From: a virus
Reading direction: 5' to 3' (one strand)
Virus record (IMG/VR): IMGVR_UViG_3300009157_000002
Coordinates: 1 to 64,000 of that record
Length of the DNA stretch: 64,000 nucleotides
A program made the position numbers and the translations under genes. Under the pieces are notes generated by a model. It was not told the DNA's origin, did no database searches, and saw only the letters and a list, made by a program, of their open reading frames with translations. Positions 10,448 through 19,937 of the stretch are shown one piece after another; the stretch's first letter is position 1, and the number at the start of each line of letters is the position of its first letter.

Positions 10448-10780
10448 TTATAAAAACTCTAAATGTTCAATATTAAATTCAAAGAACTCACATCCTTTAT
10501 CTGTTTTAACTTTGCGTACTACTGCCTCGAATATATCCCGATCATTAAAGCTGTACTTTTTCTGTAGAACATCTTGTAGCGGTTTTACGGGATTATCCCA
10601 ATCGCTTAAAGAATGGCTAAAGCCAAACTTATAGGTAACCTTATAAGGCGGTTCTGGCAATATTATTTTAGGCAATAAGAACAATAGATCTTTTTCATAT
10701 TGTTTATATTTAGGAGTTTTAAATCGCTCACCCTGCCAAGCTTCGTTAACACTTAACGGTTTAATTTGTATTCTTATCAT
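10448..10780 (-). CDS. rusA: RusA-like Holliday junction resolvase
   Basis: N-terminal PLSVN and the catalytic SDWDNPVKPLQD...NDRDI motif. Confidence 0.8.
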   Translation of the reverse strand: MIRIQIKPLSVNEAWQGERFKTPKYKQYEKDLLFLLPKIILPEPPYKVTYKFGFSHSLSDWDNPVKPLQDVLQKKYSFNDRDIFEAVVRKVKTDKGCEFFEFNIEHLEFL

Positions 10781-11157
10781 CTCTTAAAGGCTCTTATCGG
10801 GTATAATAATTTATACTCTTCGATAAGCTCCTTTTCCAATGCAAAAATTTTATCCCACCTTTCCAGCCCGACCAGTTCCTCTTTGTGATTATCCCACATG
10901 TGATGTTCATCGGGTCTCATTAACTTAATATTTCTTTTATCGAGCCTCATTTTAGGATACTGCGACTTTCGCAGAATATGAGCCATAAAAAAAACGCTCA
11001 TTATATTTCCAAGGTTGGTTTTAGACACCTCTGATTTTCGCTCCCGTTCGTCCCATATTTCCCTGAAAACTTTTCCTTCGCCTGTAGCTTTCCTTACTCT
11101 TCTTATCGACCCTTTAATACGTTTTTCAGCAATTTTTTTCTCATCCGGCCTAAACAT
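10777..11157 (-). CDS. NinG/HNH-like nuclease
   Basis: AHILRKSQYPKMRLDKRNI...EHHMWD, a His-Me-like motif. Confidence 0.5.
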   Translation of the reverse strand: MFRPDEKKIAEKRIKGSIRRVRKATGEGKVFREIWDERERKSEVSKTNLGNIMSVFFMAHILRKSQYPKMRLDKRNIKLMRPDEHHMWDNHKEELVGLERWDKIFALEKELIEEYKLLYPIRAFKR

Positions 11158-11159
11158 TA

Positions 11160-11417
11160 TTATTTTTGTTTTTTTATTTTTTTCGCAAGTCCTCCTTTGC
11201 GACCAATTTCTGCCATGTGCGCACGGTCATTACTAACCGTTGTACCTCCCTTACGGCCAATCTCCGCCATGTGATCTGTATCGGCACTTACTTTAGTACC
11301 ACCCTTTTTTCCAATCTCCGACATGTGTTTTTTATCCTGACTTATAGCCTTACCGCCCATTGTTGCTACTTTTTTTCTTGTTTCATCGGATGCTGATGCT
11401 AGTCCTCGTTTTGACAT
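11160..11417 (-). CDS. KGG-repeat general stress protein (YciG/GsiB/Con-10-like)
   Basis: RGLAS N-terminus and repeats HMSEIGKKGG, HMAEIGRKGG x2. Confidence 0.85.
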   Translation of the reverse strand: MSKRGLASASDETRKKVATMGGKAISQDKKHMSEIGKKGGTKVSADTDHMAEIGRKGGTTVSNDRAHMAEIGRKGGLAKKIKKQK

Positions 11418-11451
11418 ATTAGATTTAGATTTTAAAGTTTAGAATTGCGAC

Positions 11452-11781
11452 TTACTTATACTTATTAATATTGCCTGACATACTACTTATACTTCCGGAA
11501 ACATCTCGGCAGCCTACACTTCCACTCATAGTTTGTATGGAACCTTTTACATTTCCGTTTATCTCTATATCTCCGGACATGGTTTTTATGTTACCAACCT
11601 CGCCGGTTACATTTATTTTATTGCAATATTCAGCCTCGATCTTTTCAATATTTCCTTCCACAGTAATATTGATTTCTTTAGCATCCGGGGTAACATCTTG
11701 TCCGTTTACAATAACTTTGTTATTGCTAATGGTAATGGTGTTACCGTTAAAATTCATTCCATTTATATTAAATTTCGACAT
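11452..11781 (-). CDS. Beta-helix repeat protein (DUF4097-like)
   Basis: Repeated VxGxIxTMSG units. Confidence 0.55.
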   Translation of the reverse strand: MSKFNINGMNFNGNTITISNNKVIVNGQDVTPDAKEINITVEGNIEKIEAEYCNKINVTGEVGNIKTMSGDIEINGNVKGSIQTMSGSVGCRDVSGSISSMSGNINKYK

Positions 11782-11793
11782 TTTAGATAATTT

Positions 11794-12162
11794 TTATTTT
11801 GGCCCAACCAATATAGTTGGAGGAAGTGGTAAGATTATGCCTATGGGTCTCCATAGATGCAAGACAAATGGGTGACAGTTTACGTATTGAGATTTTGGAG
11901 GATGGTATTGTATAACCGTATCTTCCTCTTCCCAGAATAAACTTTTTATAAAACACATTTCAGCCCAGGTAGGTGTTCGTTTAGTGTTTCCTTTAGTGTG
12001 ATGGGCATGAACACTTACGTGCTCCCAGCCTCTGCCATCGGATGCAATTATAATAAACTGAACATCGTTTTGCGGAACGATAAAACCTCCAAAGTTTCCT
12101 GCGTTTGCAGGCGAAGCCATTGGACCATCTTTTATTCGGTATTGTTCGGGAACTTTAAACAT
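11794..12162 (-). CDS. Conserved phage protein
   Basis: GWEHVSV...RTPTWAEMCFIKSLFW...QYHP...YVNCHPFVLHLW, a widespread phage family pattern. Confidence 0.7.
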   Translation of the reverse strand: MFKVPEQYRIKDGPMASPANAGNFGGFIVPQNDVQFIIIASDGRGWEHVSVHAHHTKGNTKRTPTWAEMCFIKSLFWEEEDTVIQYHPPKSQYVNCHPFVLHLWRPIGIILPLPPTILVGPK

Positions 12163-12179
12163 TTTATATATTTTAGTTT

Positions 12180-13412
12180 TTATTCAAATAAATTTATTTG
12201 CGTGTTTGGTGCTTTAGCCCTGCAAGCTGCAATCCTGGCCTCACTTATTTTACAATACTCTTGTTCTTTTTCTATCAGTACATAGTTAAACCCTTCTTCC
12301 TCACAAGCAATCCCTGTTGTACCACTCCCGGCAAAAGGATCCAGACATATACCGCCTGGAGGTGTAACAAGTCTTACCAGGTATCGCATAAGACTTACTG
12401 GCTTAACCGTTGGATGATGATTTGCAACTTCTCTGGATCTATTCTCCGGATTTCTATTATTGTGAATTAACCCTTCATCGGTATGAATACCATAGCTTGC
12501 GTGTTTATTGTCTTTTAACTCAAATCCTTCAAGTCCTTTATTCCTTTCGCTTTGTGATGCTTTGGCGCAATAAAAAAAACGTGAAGCTCCTACCTTGCCG
12601 CTTTGTTCATCTAACATTTTTGAAGCTTCTTCATTAAAAATTATATTGGCTGGAAAACGGCCATCTTTACTTAAAACCTGAACCTTATCTGCTTCATGGT
12701 CTTGCATGCCCCAACCATCATTAACCTCTCTTACGTTTCTGTTAATAACTCTTAGGTCTTTTTCGTCTTGTTTTTGCAGGTCAATCCTACACCCATCAAT
12801 ATTAATCCCTCCAACACCCCATTTTAAAAAATTATCTGCTACTGTTCCTTCTATTGGTTTTCTTGCTACACATATAGGCTCGTTGGCTGGCTTTAAGGAG
12901 GTACCCCAGCCAGCCCATTGTTTTGCTTTGTTGCAAAGGGGAATGTCTTGAGGTCTTGGACATTTACATGGATTACTAGAGCCAAACCATTTTCCACAAC
13001 TCAAACACTTCTGATTTCCTGTTATACCAATCTTTCTATCTAGGCCCTCAAAATTATTATCCCTTTCTGCCCCTGCCTCCTTATCAAGCGCCTTACTAAC
13101 ATCTAAGCTTTTAGGAAAGCCACTTCCATAAATCCATTGCATCTGATCTCTGATCTCAAAACCTGCATCTTCAATATTCACTACCATTCTATGATAGGTC
13201 CTGGTTCCTCCAAAACTTAAAACATGACCACCTGGCTTTAACACACGAAACACCTCTTTCCAAAATTCAATACTAGGTACTTGATGGTCCCACTTCTTAC
13301 CCATAAACGTCAACCCATACGGAGGATCTGTTACCACTGAATCGAAATAATTATCGGGGTAAGCTTTTAACACATCCATGTTGTTTCCTTCAGTAATGGT
13401 TTGTGTACTCAC
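12180..13412 (-). CDS. DNA methyltransferase (N6-A/N4-C, beta class)
   Basis: VVTDPPY, HPTVKP and LDPFAGSGTT motifs; likely GTG start at 13412 in a GTGA overlap. Confidence 0.9.
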   Translation of the reverse strand: MSTQTITEGNNMDVLKAYPDNYFDSVVTDPPYGLTFMGKKWDHQVPSIEFWKEVFRVLKPGGHVLSFGGTRTYHRMVVNIEDAGFEIRDQMQWIYGSGFPKSLDVSKALDKEAGAERDNNFEGLDRKIGITGNQKCLSCGKWFGSSNPCKCPRPQDIPLCNKAKQWAGWGTSLKPANEPICVARKPIEGTVADNFLKWGVGGINIDGCRIDLQKQDEKDLRVINRNVREVNDGWGMQDHEADKVQVLSKDGRFPANIIFNEEASKMLDEQSGKVGASRFFYCAKASQSERNKGLEGFELKDNKHASYGIHTDEGLIHNNRNPENRSREVANHHPTVKPVSLMRYLVRLVTPPGGICLDPFAGSGTTGIACEEEGFNYVLIEKEQEYCKISEARIAACRAKAPNTQINLFE

Positions 13413-14251
13413 GTGCTTTGTTTTTCTTTGATCAGTTCTTCGATACTTACTTCCATATCCTTGCAATCGATTTGAAATTGTTTCAATGCTAATCTTTTGG
13501 CATCGCATACGATCATCGCTTCTGTCTTAGGATCGTCACCAGACAGAATTTTTTTTGTGGTGTGGGCGAAGTCGATAGATTGTTGATAGTTTTCTGCGCG
13601 TTCGCTGGCGTACTGCACCTTTAAAAGGTGCCTGGCATGACCCATAAATTGTTTTTTAATTTCGCTGGTGAACGTTATCAGCCCTAGAGAATCCAGGTAG
13701 TCGTAAATAATATTACCGTAATCGAAAAATTTATACGTATCGGAAGTTACGAACAAATTGTGCGATTCGATAAAATTTTTAATGCAATCATTCTTGGCTT
13801 TTTGCTTTTCCTCTTCGGTTGGTCCTTTTGATTCTTCCAGTAGCATATATTTTTTATATTCGGACATAGCGGTGGGTTTTTTAGCCAGAAACACCGTAAT
13901 GCCCCTGTAAATTTCTTTTACACTTAAACCATGAAACTCCCCAAGCTGGCCTCTTACCAGCATCCTTATGGACATGGAAAGCTCTTCCAATGACATAAAT
14001 GAGAAATCACAAAACACATCATTGATCACTCTGGTCATAAGGATTTCTAAATCGGGCCTCTGCAAGTTAGAGCCACAATCAATATGCGCTGCATTGATCA
14101 TTTCCTTAATCCGATCTCCGGCAAAGCCTTTTCTGTGTGAGTTTATTTTACGTTGCATTGCAGCCCAAACAATCTGTCTGCTTTCCTCTTTCATCAAACA
14201 GTTTTCGGGAAGCGGGAGTTTTGAATCGTGGTATAGTTGCAGGCCAGTCAT
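13409..14251 (-). CDS. Putative replication accessory / helicase-loader-like protein
   Basis: Directly follows the initiator (ATGA overlap), in the lambda O-P-like position. Confidence 0.4.
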   Translation of the reverse strand: MTGLQLYHDSKLPLPENCLMKEESRQIVWAAMQRKINSHRKGFAGDRIKEMINAAHIDCGSNLQRPDLEILMTRVINDVFCDFSFMSLEELSMSIRMLVRGQLGEFHGLSVKEIYRGITVFLAKKPTAMSEYKKYMLLEESKGPTEEEKQKAKNDCIKNFIESHNLFVTSDTYKFFDYGNIIYDYLDSLGLITFTSEIKKQFMGHARHLLKVQYASERAENYQQSIDFAHTTKKILSGDDPKTEAMIVCDAKRLALKQFQIDCKDMEVSIEELIKEKQST

Positions 14252-14973
14252 TTTTTACCTAATTTTTCGTAGTCAATTTTTATTTCCTGATTCGCCTCGA
14301 TCAACTTTTCAATTTTAGATTTGTTTTTATCCTCCGGATAGAATTTTTTATCGTTTCGCTTCCAAGTAACAAGCCGTCCGGCAATCTGGAATGTGCCCCC
14401 CTTTTTTTTGGCAATTTCCCATTTCATTTCATTTCCATTATTTTCGATCCAATGCCGGATAAAATCATTAAGCATTTCACGCGGGTACTGGTCCGAAAAT
14501 TTTTCCACTTCCGAACAAAAAAAATCTGATCTTTCTTGTATCGTTTCCTCTTTATTATTTACTTTACTTATCTTATCTTTACTTATCTTATCTTTAGAGG
14601 CGTTACGAACGTGTTCGTAACGCGTTACATTTTTTTCATTTCTCTGACATTCACGCCATTGCCGAATACGATCATTGTTTTTTTCATTTTTTATGTGGTA
14701 CTTTTCACTAAACTTTAGCAATTGTTCGTTGAAAGTTTCACCATTGTTTGACGAAATAAGTTCGATTTGTTCCATAAACTTCCAACATTTTTCAAGCTTT
14801 TTTCCGACTTTTAATTGTGATTTTAGTACCACCGTTTTAATCGGTTTTTCCTGTAATGCAACTTTTTCCAACAGCGTATAAAACAACCCTAATCCTTCGT
14901 AACCAAATTCTAAAAACAGCTCTGCTATTTTCTCGTCCTGAAAGGATGTAGTACTGTGGAGGTAATACTTCAT
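14248..14973 (-). CDS. Phage replication initiator (Lin1244/DUF4373-like N-terminus)
   Basis: DEKIAELFLEFGYEGLGLFYTLLEK N-terminus, low-complexity linker and C-terminal FIRHW...RLVTW domain. Confidence 0.7.
   Translation of the reverse strand: MKYYLHSTTSFQDEKIAELFLEFGYEGLGLFYTLLEKVALQEKPIKTVVLKSQLKVGKKLEKCWKFMEQIELISSNNGETFNEQLLKFSEKYHIKNEKNNDRIRQWRECQRNEKNVTRYEHVRNASKDKISKDKISKVNNKEETIQERSDFFCSEVEKFSDQYPREMLNDFIRHWIENNGNEMKWEIAKKKGGTFQIAGRLVTWKRNDKKFYPEDKNKSKIEKLIEANQEIKIDYEKLGKK
14563..14630. other. Probable replication origin inside the initiator gene
   Basis: Tandem 15-mer TTTACTTATCTTATC x2 and inverted repeat GCGTTACGAAC-GT-GTTCGTAACGC (14600-14623) in the linker-coding region. Confidence 0.5.
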
Positions 14974-15617
14974 AATCTACTACGCTCCTTATTTATGCTA
15001 AACTTAACCACCCATAACCAGGGATTTTTTTTTAAACTTTCACTTCCATTTATGTCAATCCAAATATTAAAAAATCCTTCCCGGTAACTCACTTCAGAAA
15101 TTTTACCAAAACCCAATAAACCGCCCAATGAAACCCCTTCGGCCATTGCGCTTTCTTCGGTAAGATCATGCAATCGTTCTACACTAATTTCGTTTACTGT
15201 AAGCCATAGTCGGGAATGTTCTTTTTTAAGATGGATAGAAGGTTTCCATTTAACCCCTCCCATTATCAGATCAATAGCCAATGTCAGATCTGATCTTTCA
15301 GCATAATAGATAATACCATCTGTGCTGGGCGAAAACGGTAAAATATTAGCCCAGCTTTCCCGTACATAAAGGAGATCTCCTGGACTGCCATACGGACATT
15401 TAATGGTAAACATTTTATCATCATTTTTATTACGAAACACAGCACAGGAGCGACCAATATCAATCGTATCAACCTCTCGCGCGCACAACGCAAGCTCCCA
15501 TTGATCCGGGTTTAGATTTATCATCTGTAAACCCGCAAGTCTCCTGGTCTGTGTTTTTATTTCTTTACAGATTGCCTGCACCATTTCTGTTTGGAAGAGT
15601 ATCGGGTATTCTTTCAT
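14970..15617 (-). CDS. ASCH/PUA-like phage protein
   Basis: PILFxxEMV..KTQTRR, CPYG.PGDLLYVRESW, WKPSIH and NPWLWVVKF motifs. Confidence 0.75.
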   Translation of the reverse strand: MKEYPILFQTEMVQAICKEIKTQTRRLAGLQMINLNPDQWELALCAREVDTIDIGRSCAVFRNKNDDKMFTIKCPYGSPGDLLYVRESWANILPFSPSTDGIIYYAERSDLTLAIDLIMGGVKWKPSIHLKKEHSRLWLTVNEISVERLHDLTEESAMAEGVSLGGLLGFGKISEVSYREGFFNIWIDINGSESLKKNPWLWVVKFSINKERSRL

Positions 15618-15632
15618 TTTTATTTATTTGTT

Positions 15633-15790
15633 AATCCCTTTCGGGAGCCGTCTTTCCGTGCTGTCATTAGGTGTACCTAAAATCATAAGCTCTATATGTG
15701 GGGTTTTAGAGCCTCTTTAAACCTCGGCCTCCACTAGCCGCCGCTTCCTGGTGTTTCCACTTCTGCGGGCTTTCGCATTACATCGCTTAG
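15633..15790 (-). ncRNA. Structured GC-rich non-coding RNA candidate
   Basis: String of hairpins on the minus strand with GAAA loops (GTG-GAAA-CAC, TCCC-GAAA-GGGA) plus TTAGG-TACA-CCTAA and GCTCTA/TAGAGC. Confidence 0.5.
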
Positions 15791-15796
15791 GGGTTG

Positions 15797-15988
15797 TTCC
15801 GGTGGCAGGGTTCGAACCTGCATGATTGAGTTTTATCCGGGATCCCGCCTTTAAGACTTCGGACACTTTGCGCTTGCACCGTCCACCGTTTGGCCTACCA
15901 ACTCTGCGCCTAATGCGAGTTGCTCAATCTATCCGATAAGCGTCTACAATGAGATTGGTGCCCAGCCAATCCCTTCCGCCACACCGGA
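15797..15988 (-). ncRNA. tRNA-like RNA with large insertions and no anticodon arm
   Basis: Acceptor TCCGGTG/CACCGGA+A; T-arm GCAGG-TTCGAAC-CCTGC; D-arm TGGCGGAA...GTAGACGC; internal stem GATTGAG/CTCAATC. Confidence 0.7.
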
Positions 15989-15993
15989 AATTT

Positions 15994-16704
15994 TTAATGT
16001 TCGATCACTACTAAATCATCCTCAAAAAGGGTTACTTCTGCATCGATCAGTTTTCCACCTTCGGTAACGATTAACTCTTCGAGCTCCTGGCTTTCTAAAT
16101 AAACACGGATGGTTGAATCGGTAGCATCCGTACCTATTTCAATCCGAAAGGTGCAAGCTGGTTGTCCTACAAAAATTGGCATAGTAAGCACGAACTCTAG
16201 TTGGATATTGGAGGTAACTTTTTTATCAATAAGCTTCCTTTCGTTTCCTTTGATGTCCTGCTTCTGTTCTAAATCAGTTTCAACTTTAGCGGTCATGGTA
16301 TTAAGCGCGGTAACCACATCCATATTTTGCTCTTTTTTCGCAAAAAGATGTTTCCGCATCTTTAAAAACTGTGCAAGATCTTTTGGAGTGCGGTATGTTT
16401 TGGTGTTCACCGAAAAGTCTACCAGGTCCGGGTTAATAATTAGCCTTCCGGTAATGGTATCGCAGAAGTAATCCCTTTCGTTAATATTTAAAATGATCTC
16501 CCTGGTTTTTTTGGAAAAGGTTACATGCGCCTTTTGTTTATCAATAAGTTCATGCCTTTTGTTATAAAATGCGCTAGGGCTGGTAATAGAGCCAACAATA
16601 TTCAACGGAATTGGCTCACGAACAGGCAAAGCCACACCATGTCGAATAACAACCTCGTTGGTGTCCGGATATAAATTGAGATTAAGTTTTTCCTGATTTT
16701 CCAT
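15994..16704 (-). CDS. Conserved Bacteroidota phage protein
   Basis: Long ORF within the operon; YfdQ/DUF2303-like pattern. Confidence 0.55.
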   Translation of the reverse strand: MENQEKLNLNLYPDTNEVVIRHGVALPVREPIPLNIVGSITSPSAFYNKRHELIDKQKAHVTFSKKTREIILNINERDYFCDTITGRLIINPDLVDFSVNTKTYRTPKDLAQFLKMRKHLFAKKEQNMDVVTALNTMTAKVETDLEQKQDIKGNERKLIDKKVTSNIQLEFVLTMPIFVGQPACTFRIEIGTDATDSTIRVYLESQELEELIVTEGGKLIDAEVTLFEDDLVVIEH

Positions 16705-16731
16705 ATATAAATAATTAAACTGGTTAAATGA

Positions 16732-17160
16732 TTAAGCTGTTTTAGACTGATCGATAGAAAACACCCTGGCTTGTCCGGTGCGTTCATGCGGAAGTAATGG
16801 CCGGCTTTGTATTTCTATTCCGTTACGATCATAGTAGATCATTTTACGATTTTCCTGATCATCGAACAGGTACACTTCGCCTTCTTCCTCTTCGTACTTA
16901 CGCTTAATTCGAGTGTGAATACCTTTCGCCTCTGTTTGCAGCTCTTTAATCTCTGCTTTAAAGGGGGCTGCTGCTTCCTGTAGCAGATCTTCTTTTTCTG
17001 AAATTACGATTGACTTATCGGCGAACTCAATCTTAAAAGTTTGGATTTCCTCTTCGGTAAACGGTCTGCGGATCTTCATCACTTCTTTTTTAAAGCAATT
17101 TGTTTCCAGTAATTGCAGGCGTTCTTCCGGTGACTCCTGTGGTCTGAATTGATTTTCCAT
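16732..17160 (-). CDS. Conserved coiled-coil phage protein
   Basis: In operon; C-terminal IQSRPLLPHER. Confidence 0.55.
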   Translation of the reverse strand: MENQFRPQESPEERLQLLETNCFKKEVMKIRRPFTEEEIQTFKIEFADKSIVISEKEDLLQEAAAPFKAEIKELQTEAKGIHTRIKRKYEEEEGEVYLFDDQENRKMIYYDRNGIEIQSRPLLPHERTGQARVFSIDQSKTA

Positions 17161-17184
17161 AGATTAAAATTTAATTGTTAGTAA

Positions 17185-17538
17185 TTAGTTAACTGGACCC
17201 TTTGTGGTAGTTTGTGTTTTTATTTCTTTTTGATCATTCATAATACTCATTAGTATTGTTTCTTTTAACCTTGAAACCATATCATTCTTCTCTATTTGAT
17301 TAACTACTCTATAAAGTGTATAAAAAATAAAGGCGGCTTCTCGTTGGTTTTGTAAAACAAAACCATTTTGTTCCATTAAGGTTAAAGCATAGAGTTGGTT
17401 TGTACCAGATTTATCCAACGCCTCTTCCATTGAAGCAGAAAGCATTTGGAGAATATCATCTACTCTTTCTTTAACTATGCCAAAGGCTTCGAACATATCG
17501 TCTGTGTGAACATCTTTGATGTATTCGGTAAGTTTCAT
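17185..17538 (-). CDS. Hypothetical protein
   Basis: In operon with an AT-rich leader. Confidence 0.5.
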   Translation of the reverse strand: MKLTEYIKDVHTDDMFEAFGIVKERVDDILQMLSASMEEALDKSGTNQLYALTLMEQNGFVLQNQREAAFIFYTLYRVVNQIEKNDMVSRLKETILMSIMNDQKEIKTQTTTKGPVN

Positions 17539-17577
17539 GTGTTATTCGTTTTTAATTTGTTTAACAATTGATTGAGT

Positions 17578-18447
17578 TTAGCTTGCCTCTTCGAATGTTG
17601 TTTCTTCTCCAAAAGTGTCTGCTATCGATTTTTTATTTTTGGGGATAGTTTCAAACCCCTCATTATTATTTTCAATTTCTAGCACGGCAGAAAGCTTTTC
17701 GTTTTTATCGGCGCTTCCGGAAACAAGTGTTTTAAAATCTTTTTTGATCTTTGTTTTGCAGATCATTTCTTCCCGCCAATTTTTCCAGGGACTAAAAGAA
17801 CTCGTTGCTGACTGGCTACTTTTTTCTGCTTTTAGTATCTGCCAGTAAGGAGTAAATTGAGTATAGATAACCGTGTTATCCATTAAAAGAACCTGACTAT
17901 AAACTCCCTTATACTCACGCTTCTTTTGCTCCTCTTCGGTTTTAGCATAAATCTTAATATGATTAGGAGCCAGAACAGGAGAATTTGATTCTTCAAAAAC
18001 CTCGTCCTCGTACACAATGATTGCCTGAATGTCTTTAAGACAGCCGTAATCTTTAAGAATCTTAACTAAGCCTTTATAGTCAAAATCAAGAATACATTCA
18101 GTAATGTATTGTTCACCGATCTTCTTTTTTCGCGGGATAAGATGAGCTAGTTTCATAATTGGGTTAAGCGTAATTCCTGTGCGCGCTACGTTAACCACTG
18201 CGTTTACAATACTGTCAAGAGTACATTTTTGTAAGTCCTGACTTTGTTGAATTAGCTGGCTTGCAAATCCCATTTCAACTTTAGTTCGTTCTGGATTTAT
18301 TGCTAAGAATTTATTTTCAGCCTTGATTAATGCGTTTTGCCAAGGCTTATAATTCTTTGCAACTTGTTCAGTAACTTTTGGTTCTTCCGGCTTGGCAGGA
18401 ACATTCCCGCTATTATCGGTCAGCGATAATTGTTTTTTTTCAGTCAT
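17578..18447 (-). CDS. recT: RecT-family single-strand annealing protein
   Basis: SIVNAVVNVARTGITLNP..AHLIPR..DYKGLVKI..VYEDEVF..SPWKNWREEMICKT. Confidence 0.85.
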   Translation of the reverse strand: MTEKKQLSLTDNSGNVPAKPEEPKVTEQVAKNYKPWQNALIKAENKFLAINPERTKVEMGFASQLIQQSQDLQKCTLDSIVNAVVNVARTGITLNPIMKLAHLIPRKKKIGEQYITECILDFDYKGLVKILKDYGCLKDIQAIIVYEDEVFEESNSPVLAPNHIKIYAKTEEEQKKREYKGVYSQVLLMDNTVIYTQFTPYWQILKAEKSSQSATSSFSPWKNWREEMICKTKIKKDFKTLVSGSADKNEKLSAVLEIENNNEGFETIPKNKKSIADTFGEETTFEEAS

Positions 18448-18456
18448 AAGTTTTGA

Positions 18457-19383
18457 TTAAATGATCAGATGGTTTGCCTTGTATTTAGCGTATTCGGGAA
18501 GGATGAGAGGCAAGATTCCATCTTCACGTTCACTTTGAATATCGTAGCCCTTGTAAACATTTGTTTCACGGGCTTCTTTTAAACGGAGCAGGGCCATATT
18601 TACTAAGAAATTTCCGACCTCTAAAAAATCGGAAACCATGTTAACTTCGAACTCACTATTAATGTCGTAAATAGTACAGAGATATGGGCGCTTAGTTTCG
18701 ATAGTAATCATATAACCGGTTTTTGGTCTGTATTTTACCGGCAGCACTTTATGCAAAACTCGCATATAAAAAGCTTCGGAAACATGATAGTTTAAATTCG
18801 CTGCATGTTTTGAAAACCCTTCCGGTGAGCCGTCCTGTGTAGATTTAACAGAAACGTAATATTGTTTTTCCAAATTTATTGCATCTGGCCGTACTCGTAC
18901 TTTAACAGCGAAAGATTCATCAACCTGTAGCTCCGAATAGAAACTATGTTCCACCAGGGTACCTTGCATAAGCTCCATCGCTTTTTTATTACTGCGAATG
19001 GATTCACCCATAATTATAAGCTCTTCCATCATTTTATCAGAAACAAGGGATCTTCCTTGTTGCATAGCTAATTCCATTGTAGCTGCGCGATGTCGTTTGT
19101 TTTGAGTGTTCCTAAAATCCTTATCAGGATAAGGTTTCATCTCGTTTGTGTAATGAAGGAAGCGTTTATGGAATTGGTCGGGTTCCAGCAGCAGACAATG
19201 AATTGCGGAGCCTTTGATAAAGTGTTCTTTTTCTTCTTCATCATCCTCTTCTTCCAGTGCTGACTTATAATGTTGCGTACTGTTAAGAAGCTGCTTTACC
19301 TGGCTACTTGAGAGGTAATCTTTTTTTTCCAGGTATTCCTCAAAGCTATCCTGAATACCAAAGTCGGGGGTATTAACGGCCAT
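18457..19383 (-). CDS. PD-(D/E)XK exonuclease (RecE/DUF3799-like)
   Basis: LSSSQVK, GSAIHCLLLEP, RVRPD and SVKST motifs; adjacent to RecT. Confidence 0.8.
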   Translation of the reverse strand: MAVNTPDFGIQDSFEEYLEKKDYLSSSQVKQLLNSTQHYKSALEEEDDEEEKEHFIKGSAIHCLLLEPDQFHKRFLHYTNEMKPYPDKDFRNTQNKRHRAATMELAMQQGRSLVSDKMMEELIIMGESIRSNKKAMELMQGTLVEHSFYSELQVDESFAVKVRVRPDAINLEKQYYVSVKSTQDGSPEGFSKHAANLNYHVSEAFYMRVLHKVLPVKYRPKTGYMITIETKRPYLCTIYDINSEFEVNMVSDFLEVGNFLVNMALLRLKEARETNVYKGYDIQSEREDGILPLILPEYAKYKANHLII

Positions 19384-19621
19384 TAATATAATTGATTGAG
19401 TCTGTTAAACATTTAATTTGTTCGTTCTTTGATTTGATTGTTTTATCCTGGGAGTAACATGTGTAACAAAGAATAGCAACCACTAATAGTAGTAGCTTAA
19501 ACCCATATTTATAGGGCCTGTATCTTTTAGTGATCCGGTGATACTCCATTGAATACGGTAATCCCGTATCAAGATCATTTATCATTCTACTTGTTCTCGT
19601 ATACATTTTATTCGATTTCAA
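19373..19621 (-). CDS. Small membrane protein
   Basis: One TM segment; overlaps its neighbours. Confidence 0.45.
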   Translation of the reverse strand: MKSNKMYTRTSRMINDLDTGLPYSMEYHRITKRYRPYKYGFKLLLLVVAILCYTCYSQDKTIKSKNEQIKCLTDSINYINGR

Positions 19622-19814
19622 TGATAACTGCTGTAGGACAAATAGCCCTGATTTTAGCTTGTATAGATCGTACAGAACCGCGAAGTACTTCTGTATGCGT
19701 TTGATCGTAAGCTTTGAATCTTACAACCCTTACGTCCTGGTCTGCCTTTTCCATTTCATGTTGAATTTTCTTTTCCATTTTGTCCTCCATTTCTTCCTTT
19801 TCAAATGGATTCAT
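19608..19814 (-). CDS. Hypothetical protein
   Basis: In operon. Confidence 0.45.
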   Translation of the reverse strand: MNPFEKEEMEDKMEKKIQHEMEKADQDVRVVRFKAYDQTHTEVLRGSVRSIQAKIRAICPTAVIIEIE

Positions 19815-19937
19815 GGAATTATTTTTTTTTAAATTTCCTGTCTGTTTTTTTAGTGTATTCGGGGTGCTTTGATTTCATCGCTGAATAATATTCTCGTTTA
19901 GCAATCTTAATTTTATCCTTTTCGGATTCAGGGATTT

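Noticed and set aside
15770-15796. Pistol or theta (HDV-like) ribozyme after the tRNA mimic (CCCTAAGCG)
   Set aside because: The required pseudoknot partners could not be found by eye.
15797-15988. Functional tRNA, tmRNA or intron-containing tRNA
   Set aside because: No 7-nt anticodon loop, no G3-U70 pair or tag ORF, and the insert is too short for a group I core.
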